A DNA stretch of 57,382 bases from a virus (taxonomy: Duplodnaviria; Caudoviricetes): positions 1 to 57,382 of IMG/VR virus record IMGVR_UViG_3300012200_000006; one strand, 5' to 3'. Below are positions 26,478 to 35,364 of this stretch, piece by piece; positions within the stretch are counted from its first letter, which is position 1; every line of letters starts with the position of its first letter. A program made the translations under genes and the position numbers. The notes under the pieces are model-generated. The model ran no database searches. It was given only the letters and a program-made list of their open reading frames with translations, and was not told the DNA's origin.

Positions 26478-28984
26478 CTGACGAACTTTCGCTAGAACAG
26501 ATCGAAGGCATTGAGCAAGAGCAACCTCTACTGTGGGACGTTTCAAAGCGGAAGCATCCTCTCGCAGAATGTGAGACTTGCCCACTAATCAAGGCAAGAT
26601 GCGCGCCGACTACAGGGCCGGCTGATGCCACAGTAGCAGTCGTATCAAGATCGCCAGGCTACTACGATGCTCGCGCAAAGAAGCCATTTTCAGGGCCATC
26701 TGGAAAGATCCTCGATCATCTACTCGGACTATACGGAGTGAAGCGAGATGAAATTCTCACAACGAATGTCGTCCTATGTGAATTCGATGGTACCCCGCCG
26801 AAAGAAGCAGTTGCAGCCTGTAAGCCAAGACTTGATTCTGAAATTGAGAATGCCAGAACAGTTATCGCAGCGGGATCAGAATCTGTTACGGTACTTACTG
26901 GACGGAAGAGTTTGGACGGTGCCAGAGGTTACACGCACGAGAGACAACGCAATGGGCATAGACAGCGTATCATTGCAACTAACAACCCCGCTATTGTGCT
27001 TAGAGACGACTCTACATTCCCGAATCTCGTTCGAGATTTCAGACTTGCTCTTGCGCCTCTACCCCAACCCAGATTACCCGATGTAGACTGGACAAATGAT
27101 ATCGAGGAAGGGCGACGTTGGCTCAAAGCCATTAGAAAGCAGAACGTTAATCTGCTCACCTTCGATATCGAAACTCTCGGTCTTCGACCTTCTGCTGGAC
27201 TAGTTGCTGTCGGATTCGCAGATAGCGGAGATAAAGCGGTTTCCATTGGGGAACGACCATGTAGGGACAAGACTACTTATCAGGACTACATCGCACCGCT
27301 CATCCAAGACCACAGGCTCTTAGCTCATAACGGCAAGTTCGACCTACGAAATTTTAGAGCTAAGGGAATCAAGGGTATCCTCGAAGAAGATACAATGCTT
27401 CTCTCATGGGCACTCGATGAACGCTCGGACGAGGGGCAAGTCCACAAACTAGAGTATCTTCTCATGGATAACCTCAACTGGCCAAATTATGAGCCGGAAG
27501 TAGTGAGGCAATGGAAGTCCACAGTGAAGCGACTAGAAAAACAATTCAGGTACGAGGAACTCGATGAACTTCCAATCCCGGACGAATTGTACTCATACAA
27601 TGCCCTCGACGCTGCTGGAACAGCCTTGCTATTTCCGATACTCAAGAACCGCGCGATTGAAGATGGAGTGTTCGAGCTTTACCGGCGGTTTCTCATCGAA
27701 GCGAGTGAAGCTCTACTACGAGTAGAACTTCGTGGGCTGAACTACGATGTCGAGGGCGCGCTCGATCTTCTTGAAGATAAGGTATGGCCTCGGCTAGAAG
27801 AACTAAAAGCCGAGATGCAGTTGATTGTCGGAGATGGTAGCTACAACCCGCGTAGTAACCAACAGAACTCCGCGCTGGTCTACGACAAATGGCGCGTCGT
27901 TCACAATCTTCCGCTAAAGAACGATAGGACGGTCGATAAGAGTGTATACACCGAGATCGCGGCTGGAAGATTTGTTATTGCTCTTGGACGGCCGAACGAT
28001 AGTGACAGTTTGCCCGTCGGAGGCACAAGCGAAGGAGATTTACGAGCAAACGCGAAAGTTACTGCTCAAAGATGGGCTGAAAAGTTCAAAGATTACCAAG
28101 GTCTTGACAAGCAAAGATCAACATACCTAGAAGGTCTAATCAAACGGGCGGTCGCCAATGGCGGAAAACTCTTCACAGACTTTAAGCTTCACGGTACTGC
28201 TACCGGACGGCTCAGTTCGAGTAATCCAAATCTCCAAAACATTACACGAACAAAAGAAGGACTCCCCGATATTCGATCTCTCTTTGTGGCAAGCGAAGGA
28301 TGCACTCTCATCTCAGCAGATTATTCCCAAGCAGAGCTTAGAACAATTGCCCGTCTCTCTGGAGACGGCTCGCTTGGCCAAGTTTATGTTGACGAGCGCG
28401 ATCTTCATGCTTTTGCCGCAGAGCGATTCTATGGTTCTGGGTTTACTTACGAACAGCGAAGCATAGCCAAGAACATGAACTTCGGAGTCGCCTACCAACA
28501 GAGCGCCGACACTTTCCAGGAGAAACATGGGATTCCGAAAGAAGAAGCCGCAAAATACATCGAGTGGTGGTGGAAAGAATTTGCGGGTGTTAGAGAGTGG
28601 ACGAACTCAGTCTCGAAAGAGGTACTCAAAGGGGAAGTCATCTCGCCTTTCGGATTTAAGCGACGTTTTCACCTTATCACGAAGGAGAACCGGAACGCGT
28701 CCATCCGCGAAGGAATCAACTTCCTCCCACAGAATATCGCTGCATGGTTTACTAATTACGCTCTTTGTCGCCTTGTCCTTGACCATGACCTTCCTATTGC
28801 TCTTTCAGTTCACGATTCCATTATTGCTGATTGCCCTAGCAGCATGGTTAACGACGTTGTGCCTCTTCTCATTAGTGTGATGGAAAGTGCTCCGAAAGAA
28901 ACGCTAGGTTGGGATTTCCCATTTAAGGTAGAGGCACAGATCGGTCAACAATGGGGAAAATTGGAGGACTATGAAGTTTCGTAA
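26474..28984 (+). CDS. polA: Family A DNA polymerase with N-terminal family-4 UDG-like domain and 3'-5' exonuclease
   Basis: CETCPL...PFSGPSG..LD...TNVVLC; FDIET, HNGKFD, YNALDA; [38 protein letters not shown]. Confidence 0.95.
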   Translation: MTDELSLEQIEGIEQEQPLLWDVSKRKHPLAECETCPLIKARCAPTTGPADATVAVVSRSPGYYDARAKKPFSGPSGKILDHLLGLYGVKRDEILTTNVVLCEFDGTPPKEAVAACKPRLDSEIENARTVIAAGSESVTVLTGRKSLDGARGYTHERQRNGHRQRIIATNNPAIVLRDDSTFPNLVRDFRLALAPLPQPRLPDVDWTNDIEEGRRWLKAIRKQNVNLLTFDIETLGLRPSAGLVAVGFADSGDKAVSIGERPCRDKTTYQDYIAPLIQDHRLLAHNGKFDLRNFRAKGIKGILEEDTMLLSWALDERSDEGQVHKLEYLLMDNLNWPNYEPEVVRQWKSTVKRLEKQFRYEELDELPIPDELYSYNALDAAGTALLFPILKNRAIEDGVFELYRRFLIEASEALLRVELRGLNYDVEGALDLLEDKVWPRLEELKAEMQLIVGDGSYNPRSNQQNSALVYDKWRVVHNLPLKNDRTVDKSVYTEIAAGRFVIALGRPNDSDSLPVGGTSEGDLRANAKVTAQRWAEKFKDYQGLDKQRSTYLEGLIKRAVANGGKLFTDFKLHGTATGRLSSSNPNLQNITRTKEGLPDIRSLFVASEGCTLISADYSQAELRTIARLSGDGSLGQVYVDERDLHAFAAERFYGSGFTYEQRSIAKNMNFGVAYQQSADTFQEKHGIPKEEAAKYIEWWWKEFAGVREWTNSVSKEVLKGEVISPFGFKRRFHLITKENRNASIREGINFLPQNIAAWFTNYALCRLVLDHDLPIALSVHDSIIADCPSSMVNDVVPLLISVMESAPKETLGWDFPFKVEAQIGQQWGKLEDYEVS

Positions 28985-29255
28985 GAGAGCCATCGAAGTA
29001 GAGGCAGTTCAGTTCACAGGCCACAATGACGAAGAAATTGGAGCTTTCGTTGGAGATGCTGGTATCGATCCTGTGGACACTAGGCCAACTTGGCTTATCC
29101 ACACCTTAGAAGGTGATATGATAGCCAGAGTGGGAGATTGGATCATCAAGGGCGTAAAGGGTGAATTCTATCCATGTAAACCCGATATCTTTGAGCAGAC
29201 TTACGAGCGAGTAAATGATCCCAACAAATTAGGAGCGTTGGATGACCACGTATGA
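28971..29255 (+). CDS. Conserved phage protein ([11 protein letters not shown] family)
   Basis: [34 protein letters not shown]. Confidence 0.85.
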   Translation: MKFRKRAIEVEAVQFTGHNDEEIGAFVGDAGIDPVDTRPTWLIHTLEGDMIARVGDWIIKGVKGEFYPCKPDIFEQTYERVNDPNKLGALDDHV

Positions 29256-29721
29256 CAGCACACCAGATACACACGACCACATCAATAAGGTAGCAAATTA
29301 TCTGGATTATGTTGCCTATCGCCTACAGATGCGGGGATCAGAACACGACGCTTCTAAGTTGGAAGATCCAGAGAAATCGGGATGGGACGAAGCAACTCCA
29401 AAGCTCAAAGAACTTACCTATGGCTCTGAGGAATATCGTCAAGTTCTTCGAGACATCAAGCCGATTGTCCAGCATCATTACGCGAACAATAGGCACCATC
29501 CGGAATTTTGGGCCGCAGGTATCGATGGTATGAGTCTACTCGACGTGATCGAGATGTTGTGCGACTGGAAGGCCGCATCCCTACGTACAGCACAGACTCA
29601 ATCATTCATCGATAGTTTGGAGTATAACAAAGAAAGATTCGGAATCTCCGACCAGCTCTACCATGTTCTCGTCAATACTGCAAAGGAGCTTGGCTTTGAT
29701 AGAGAAGCTGTCACTAGCTGA
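29242..29721 (+). CDS. DUF5662 HD-domain protein
   Basis: [24 protein letters not shown]. Confidence 0.8.
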   Translation: MTTYDSTPDTHDHINKVANYLDYVAYRLQMRGSEHDASKLEDPEKSGWDEATPKLKELTYGSEEYRQVLRDIKPIVQHHYANNRHHPEFWAAGIDGMSLLDVIEMLCDWKAASLRTAQTQSFIDSLEYNKERFGISDQLYHVLVNTAKELGFDREAVTS

Positions 29722-29881
29722 TACACGGCCTGGAGTGCTCATCGACAAGATCAATGAACTCGTCGATGCCGTCAACAACATCAACGGACTTATCGAATTA
29801 TCGGAAAACATGGCGAATCCTGAGACGCCCTCGGACGGTGCCCCGAAAGTCGGCGCGGGCGGCGATGATCAAAGAGGCTAG
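29696..29881 (+). CDS. Hypothetical protein
   Basis: AAGGAG SD with TTG start; KINELVDAVN. Confidence 0.5.
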   Translation: MIEKLSLADTRPGVLIDKINELVDAVNNINGLIELSENMANPETPSDGAPKVGAGGDDQRG

Positions 29882-30014
29882 GATGCCTCTCCCCGTTCAC
29901 CTGAGCCACGGAGAGACGATCCTAGCCCGTTTGCGACCTACCCGTCGCGCAACCGGCGAGGGGCTGAGAACGGCTCCTATGGCCTCAGAGGGGTTCTAGG
30001 ATCGCCGAATGTTT
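29806..30014. other. GC-rich, multi-hairpin element related to 123-229
   Basis: GGCTAGGAT/ATCCTAGCC and CTCTCC/GGAGAG inner stems; AAACAT-GGCGA/TCGCC-ATGTTT outer stem. Confidence 0.45.
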
Positions 30015-30479
30015 GGGATAACTCTCGCACTTGATCCAGGTATTACGACCGGGCGAGCTTTGGCAAGGATCGAGGATGATAAGCTACTCGTCTCCTGCCA
30101 CGATGCCATATGGTCACATAGAATGTGTTTCGATTTCATCGAGAAACTCAAGCCAAGACACCTAGTAGTTGAGACTTTCGAGTACCGGAATGAGACGCGC
30201 GACAACCTCGAATTGTTCTCACGAGAAATCATCGGAGTCGCTGCATTGACATCTCAACTGTGGCCAATGGAAATCATCTACTACCCACAGTCGGCAGCGC
30301 AAGGAAAAGGATTCTACTCCGATCAGAAACTCAAAAGTCTAGGTATCCACGACGAACGTAGCGTACATCGTCGTGATGCACTAAGACATCTACTCCATTG
30401 GTGGACATTCGGAGCAGGTTACCAATTCAATCAGAAGCAGAAGATAGTTCTAGTCGGAGAAAACGAGCTACTGAAATAA
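30009..30479 (+). CDS. RuvC-like Holliday junction resolvase
   Basis: LALDPGITTG, VVETF, EIIG, HRRDALRH. Confidence 0.75.
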   Translation: MFGITLALDPGITTGRALARIEDDKLLVSCHDAIWSHRMCFDFIEKLKPRHLVVETFEYRNETRDNLELFSREIIGVAALTSQLWPMEIIYYPQSAAQGKGFYSDQKLKSLGIHDERSVHRRDALRHLLHWWTFGAGYQFNQKQKIVLVGENELLK

Positions 30480-30483
30480 ATTT

Positions 30484-30741
30484 ATGCTATCGATAATCTT
30501 CGGAGCTAAAGCACAAGTTTTCGTGGGATCGGTCTGTACAGTGATGGCTGTCTCACTGTGGGCTTTCTACACATTCTTCTCTAATCCGACAATCCGCGTA
30601 GTTTTCCACATCAGCATGTTCTTCGGAGTAGCTGCGACCTATGCCATTGTTGCTACTGGATTAGGATTTCGCGCTACTGAACGCGTCGAAGAGCAAGTTA
30701 CTAACATTGATGTAGATATCAAACCCGAAGATGAGACATAG
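30484..30741 (+). CDS. Two-TM membrane protein
   Basis: Two hydrophobic segments. Confidence 0.6.
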   Translation: MLSIIFGAKAQVFVGSVCTVMAVSLWAFYTFFSNPTIRVVFHISMFFGVAATYAIVATGLGFRATERVEEQVTNIDVDIKPEDET

Positions 30742-30798
30742 GTTTAGTGGACTACCCTGTAGGAGAGGTCGAGACGACAAGGTAGTCCACCAAGCCTA
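30739..30798. terminator. Hairpin at the convergence of the two genome arms (bidirectional terminator candidate)
   Basis: TAGGTTT-A-GTGGACTACC...GGTAGTCCAC-C-AAGCCTA spans both stop codons. Confidence 0.6.
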
Positions 30799-31047
30799 CG
30801 GCTTAACCGTAGGAGCTACAGGAACTACTCCAAGCAACGCCTTTGCTCTACCATGCCGAATGATGGCATCAGCGATCATCCATGCAGCCGGCACGATGAT
30901 CGCGGCCAGGTCTGTAATGAGCTTGGCTGTATGACCATCGACTGTCTTGTTTGAGAGGAGCAGGCCGATAACTGTAGCAATGACACCAAGAATCTGAGCA
31001 GGAGTGATATCAGGAGTCTTACCGCCGATCACCGTACTGAACATCAT
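30796..31047 (-). CDS. Putative holin
   Basis: Small two-TM protein in the lysis cluster; AAGGGGG SD. Confidence 0.6.
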   Translation of the reverse strand: MMFSTVIGGKTPDITPAQILGVIATVIGLLLSNKTVDGHTAKLITDLAAIIVPAAWMIADAIIRHGRAKALLGVVPVAPTVKP

Positions 31048-31053
31048 TCCCCC

Positions 31054-31488
31054 TTATGGAATACCAGCTGTGGATTGCAATACTTTCTTGCAATTTTGTT
31101 TTGGAGCTATTGCATTCACTACAGTGATGCTCTGTTTGACTTGTATACCGATTAGCTTCCTCGCTTCCGGATTCTTCTTTTTAAGACTAGTAGCTTGAAT
31201 CAGTAGAGCATGGACGGCGTTATCATGCCTACTGTTCGTAGTCTTACAATCATCAAGAGATTTCAATCGGCGTTGATCCTGGATCTTCTCGCCGAGTCGC
31301 GCAGTTTCATTAGTTCTGTTGCGAATCTGGATCGTGAGCCAGGTATCTAAGACGCCTAGCCCAAAGATGATGGCTGTCAGGACGATCCAGATGATGATTG
31401 TAATTCTTGTAAAATGGTTGTAGTTACCCGCGATTTCGTCGATACGATCGCGCGTTTCTGTGTCTTTGCGACGGCCTGCCTCAGTCAT
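31054..31488 (-). CDS. Single-TM lysis-cluster protein
   Basis: TM segment followed by coiled coil with two Cys. Confidence 0.6.
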   Translation of the reverse strand: MTEAGRRKDTETRDRIDEIAGNYNHFTRITIIIWIVLTAIIFGLGVLDTWLTIQIRNRTNETARLGEKIQDQRRLKSLDDCKTTNSRHDNAVHALLIQATSLKKKNPEARKLIGIQVKQSITVVNAIAPKQNCKKVLQSTAGIP

Positions 31489-31717
31489 CTGCCCTGCTCC
31501 CTATGTTTCTGTTAGATACATTCCCCGAGGGTGTGTTCTTCCGAAGAGTATCCAGAACACTTCTGTAAGCACCCAGAAGGATCAGCGATACAGCCGCAGA
31601 GAACAAGTATGCAGATTCTCTTCCCGTAACTGCCCAGAATACTGCCGCTCCAATCAAAAGGAGCAATCCGATAATTTGAATGAATTTGGGCGGAAGATGA
31701 CTGTGGCCATTCATCAA
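31481..31717 (-). CDS. Small two-TM protein (holin-like)
   Basis: Directly downstream of the endolysin. Confidence 0.55.
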   Translation of the reverse strand: MMNGHSHLPPKFIQIIGLLLLIGAAVFWAVTGRESAYLFSAAVSLILLGAYRSVLDTLRKNTPSGNVSNRNIGSRADD

Positions 31718-31727
31718 GCCCCGTTTT

Positions 31728-32636
31728 CTAGGGTTCTTGAACTCTCACAAAGACGACATTCGCTTGGGATTTGTCTCGGTTCCGACGCATTACTTCTCCA
31801 CCATTTGACTGGTTAGTCAATGACGTATTACCTTCGATGGCTATCCAGATGTTTCCGTCACCTCCCTCGAAAACTCCAACATGATCGAACTCCCCATCTC
31901 GCGACCAGTCATAGCAGACTAGATCGCCAGGTTGCGGAGAACTTGTAACGCTGAGTCCGTTCTTACTAAGTCTTGCATCGCTCACGATGTACGGGACGTA
32001 AGCGTATTTAAATTGACGCAAGAATGATTTGCTAGGAAAGGGACTCGTTTGATCACACCATGTCAGAAAGATAGCACACCATGGCACGCCGTTTGCCTCA
32101 TACCAGACACCGTACTTCTGACGATTGCTTCTAGGCGGCGACTCTTTCATCCCAATCTGAGTTTGCGCTTTGGCAAGCCGATTCTTCGCTGAATTTCCCG
32201 CAGGTAGAGGAACTTGAGTCTTGCCTTGGAATTTGTCAAAAGCAGCGTTGATTAATTCAACAGATCGAGCGTCCATTGCCATTTGCCCTGCGTTATCGAG
32301 TCCATCAGGGATTACAATACTTCTCAGGCAATCGAACGTATCCTTCCCAACGTTGCCCGTTGACTGGATTCCCATTTGACGTTGGATACCTTCGACGCCA
32401 GAATCCCCGACCATGCCTCCGGCTTTACCATGTGCAAAGAGATTCGAGTACGCTTGATCGAATGTCTGCCATTGCCATCTACCTGCCCTAGAGATGGTTC
32501 GCTTGTATGCCTCTACATCTGGCCCATCGATCGAAGGATCATAAGCCGAGGAATCAGGTGGATATAGAGGTCTTGGGAATCCCTTAACAGCTAACTTAGC
32601 TGCTGTAGGATACGCTTCTTCCCACCACTCTGTCAT
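31728..32636 (-). CDS. Endolysin: peptidoglycan-binding-like N-terminus plus CHAP domain
   Basis: QRQMGIQSTGNVGKDTF; VPWCAIF, PQPGDLV, DHVGV, AIEGNT. Confidence 0.85.
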   Translation of the reverse strand: MTEWWEEAYPTAAKLAVKGFPRPLYPPDSSAYDPSIDGPDVEAYKRTISRAGRWQWQTFDQAYSNLFAHGKAGGMVGDSGVEGIQRQMGIQSTGNVGKDTFDCLRSIVIPDGLDNAGQMAMDARSVELINAAFDKFQGKTQVPLPAGNSAKNRLAKAQTQIGMKESPPRSNRQKYGVWYEANGVPWCAIFLTWCDQTSPFPSKSFLRQFKYAYVPYIVSDARLSKNGLSVTSSPQPGDLVCYDWSRDGEFDHVGVFEGGDGNIWIAIEGNTSLTNQSNGGEVMRRNRDKSQANVVFVRVQEP

Positions 32637-32653
32637 TAGTCCCTCGTAGGTAG

Positions 32654-32681
32654 TTGAGGGGGCAACTCAATGCCCCCTCAA
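32654..32681 (-). terminator. 11-bp hairpin between tail and lysis genes
   Basis: TTGAGGGGGCA-6nt-TGCCCCCTCAA. Confidence 0.65.
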
Positions 32682-32684
32682 GTT

Positions 32685-32828
32685 CTATTCGCTTGGCTGC
32701 GGAGCTTGTGTGTTTTCGTCTTCCTCCGGTACAGGCGGAGGTTGCGGTTGATCTGCCGGATGATCGATGGGCTGATCCTGAATCATCGGTGGCTCCTGTG
32801 GTTCCGGATTCTGCGGTTCCTCAGTCAT
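32685..32828 (-). CDS. 47-aa Pro/Gln/Glu-rich peptide (not in track)
   Basis: AAAGGGGGTG SD; MTEEPQNPEPQEPPMIQDQPIDHPADQPQPPPVPEEDENTQAPQPSE. Confidence 0.6.
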   Translation of the reverse strand: MTEEPQNPEPQEPPMIQDQPIDHPADQPQPPPVPEEDENTQAPQPSE

Positions 32829-32843
32829 TGTTTCACCCCCTTT

Positions 32844-33746
32844 CTAAAAGACGCCACCCTCAAAGGCGTCTACTTTGAGGATCTTGAAAATCAATTCGCA
32901 GAAGATTCGGCTATCCCAGTCATCATCGGCCACACCACTTGGAAACGACTGATAAACCTGGAAAGCGTACCCTGTATAGGGTTCACCTGTTGCACCGAGT
33001 TGATCCCAAAATGTCAAACTCGCTTGTGGCCGAGTTTCGCTCCAATCCTTCGAAACAAATGCAGCATGTGTATTAATCGGGAAGTCGGATCGATAGCCAT
33101 AGGTCATGTTGGTCGATGAAGATGCATGGGCTGTCCATCCGACGCCTGGCGTTCCGCTACGTCTAAGAACATTGACATCGATCCACTTGTCGTCAAGCCA
33201 ATCAGGAATCAGCAATGAGAACGTAACTTCGACAAGCGGTACCTTACCCGGAACTACGAAACTTGGGCAGTAGACGAAGCGGTGACTTAGTGGAACACCA
33301 GCAAGATCGTTTCCTGTACTCAACTTATCGACGGCAATGATAGGATCTGGATAACCAGTCCAGTTTGCCTGTTCTTCCCAATGAACGTAATTCCAAGCGG
33401 CTGGATGCGGGGAAGTTGCCAAGCCAGCAGGGTACGAGTAGTCATTAGGCTCGAACGGTGGACTACTAGAATTGCTAAAATAATCAATGAGTAGTGGTGT
33501 CGCTGTACCTCCTCCACCACCGCCGCCTCCTATGATGCTCCATGTACCGTCTTGGTACTTATAGGCACTTCCGTCTGTACCTAGAGCAAGCTGACCTTCT
33601 ACTGCATTGAGAGGAAATTGGGCAGGATCATAGACTGGTACTGTAGGCTGCGCGCCATTATCAATTCCCTTGATCTGCGCTGCAAGATCCCTAACAAAAT
33701 TCCAGACACGATCCCATTCTTCCCGTTCAAACTTCTTCTCTGCCAT
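32844..33746 (-). CDS. Minor tail / receptor-binding protein
   Basis: Position after the tail hub; poly-Gly hinge. Confidence 0.6.
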   Translation of the reverse strand: MAEKKFEREEWDRVWNFVRDLAAQIKGIDNGAQPTVPVYDPAQFPLNAVEGQLALGTDGSAYKYQDGTWSIIGGGGGGGGTATPLLIDYFSNSSSPPFEPNDYSYPAGLATSPHPAAWNYVHWEEQANWTGYPDPIIAVDKLSTGNDLAGVPLSHRFVYCPSFVVPGKVPLVEVTFSLLIPDWLDDKWIDVNVLRRSGTPGVGWTAHASSSTNMTYGYRSDFPINTHAAFVSKDWSETRPQASLTFWDQLGATGEPYTGYAFQVYQSFPSGVADDDWDSRIFCELIFKILKVDAFEGGVF

Positions 33747-34888
33747 TAGCCTTCAGCTACTCCCACAGTACCTTCGTAGATTTGTTCAAGTCCGAAGATT
33801 ACCTGCTCGTCTCCCTCATTTGAGACAGTACAGTCCATTTGGACTACTTCTTGTGGTGAATCGATCTGATGGGCAACAAGGTCTTTGTTGATCCAAATAG
33901 CCGTACCACAGTGGACAGTATTCCAGAAATCGGCTAACTTGTCGGGATCAACGATCAGTACGACTTCATGCTGTGGATTGAGCATTCGCATGAATTCTCG
34001 CTTAGTGCGATCTGTTCCAGCACTTTGCGTTGCCGTACCCAAGTCGAAGTCATTGTCCAATCTATAGTAAATTGCCTGGTTAGCAGGAGCACCTAGCGCC
34101 GAACCAATGAGATTCTGGCCAATTCCTTGACCATGACCGAAGAGATGCGTCGCATCCGGGCCTGCATTGGAGAATGTCAAATCGATGATCGCATTGGAGT
34201 GTGCATCATCGATGATGTACGCTGCTAGACTACTATCCGTTGCGACTCCTGGATTGTATCTAGTCGGCGAGTAAATCCGAAAGAGTCTGTCCTGGGTAAC
34301 CTCGTACATGAAACCTGGGTAGACTTCACTCAGCGTATCGATGAATTGCCCGAGATAGCTCGTATCTCCTAGAGCCATCGAGAACGAGGTCGCGATACCC
34401 ACAGGATGCGTATGGATATAGTCGAAGCTGATATCCAAAGAGTTCGGCCTACCAAAAATCTTCTGAGCAAGCTGCCAGATAATCTCCGTAACGTCAGCAC
34501 TATTTGTTTCGTAGGCGATACCCATAGCCGGCGATCCGATTTGATAATCGAATCTGTGGCCTAGCCGTGGGTCATACGGAAATTGTCGGCGCTCGATGTA
34601 GTGGTACCAATCCTTGCCGAAAACTGTACAGAAGTCATCATTCAGACCGACGCTGATTTCAGTGTGCAATCCACCCATGATCCTCTGGCCACCGCGAACA
34701 AGATGGAAATTTGTCCTATACGCGCCGATAAAATCATGGGTAATCAGATCACTTCGAGCTAACGAAACCTCGTACTGCATCGTATGGGGCGGCTTCTTGT
34801 TGAACGTGAACTGTAGGTTTTCAGGAGCAATAGTGTTGATTACTGTCCCATCATGTTCAACATGCTCCACTGTCCAGAGTTCTGCCAT
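33746..34888 (-). CDS. Siphovirus tail hub / minor tail protein (ReqiPepy6 gp37-like)
   Basis: Second gene after the tape measure; size and beta-rich pattern. Confidence 0.65.
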   Translation of the reverse strand: MAELWTVEHVEHDGTVINTIAPENLQFTFNKKPPHTMQYEVSLARSDLITHDFIGAYRTNFHLVRGGQRIMGGLHTEISVGLNDDFCTVFGKDWYHYIERRQFPYDPRLGHRFDYQIGSPAMGIAYETNSADVTEIIWQLAQKIFGRPNSLDISFDYIHTHPVGIATSFSMALGDTSYLGQFIDTLSEVYPGFMYEVTQDRLFRIYSPTRYNPGVATDSSLAAYIIDDAHSNAIIDLTFSNAGPDATHLFGHGQGIGQNLIGSALGAPANQAIYYRLDNDFDLGTATQSAGTDRTKREFMRMLNPQHEVVLIVDPDKLADFWNTVHCGTAIWINKDLVAHQIDSPQEVVQMDCTVSNEGDEQVIFGLEQIYEGTVGVAEG

Positions 34889-35364
34889 TACTTGAGGTAG
34901 TAGTAATTTCCAGTTGTCATCCCCGTGAAATACCCCTGTGGCACCGACCAGGTGATCGAAAGCGAGCCTCTTGACGGAGATAGTCCTTCCATCGGGATAT
35001 CTATGTCACCGTCCACAGAACAATTGGCATGTGCCACCTCAGTCATCCCGGTTAGCTTAATCTCTAATGCACCTAACACTAGGTCAATAGCAGGGACAAC
35101 AGTTGGATTGGGAAGAATCGTATTCATGATGAGAAGTTTGGTAGCCGTGAAATCCACCGAGTTCTGTTCGAGAATCTGGCCGTCCATGTGAACGAGGATG
35201 CCGCCTGTAACGAACTTGCCAGGCCAATCGCCGGCTCTCTGAGATTTGGGCCTATTTGCCTGACGATTAGCATACTCGAACTGGACATGGTTAAGAGGGA
35301 TATGATCCGTGTTGAACTGAAGACGTACTGCTGAGAGATTGACGAAATCAAACTGATCGAGCAT
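34888..35364 (-). CDS. Distal tail (Dit)-like protein
   Basis: Directly after the tape measure. Confidence 0.6.
   Translation of the reverse strand: MLDQFDFVNLSAVRLQFNTDHIPLNHVQFEYANRQANRPKSQRAGDWPGKFVTGGILVHMDGQILEQNSVDFTATKLLIMNTILPNPTVVPAIDLVLGALEIKLTGMTEVAHANCSVDGDIDIPMEGLSPSRGSLSITWSVPQGYFTGMTTGNYYYLK

Noticed and set aside
26474-29721. 2-aminoadenine or other hypermodified-base system
   Set aside because: No PurZ, queuosine-pathway, hydroxymethylase or glycosyltransferase genes were recognised.
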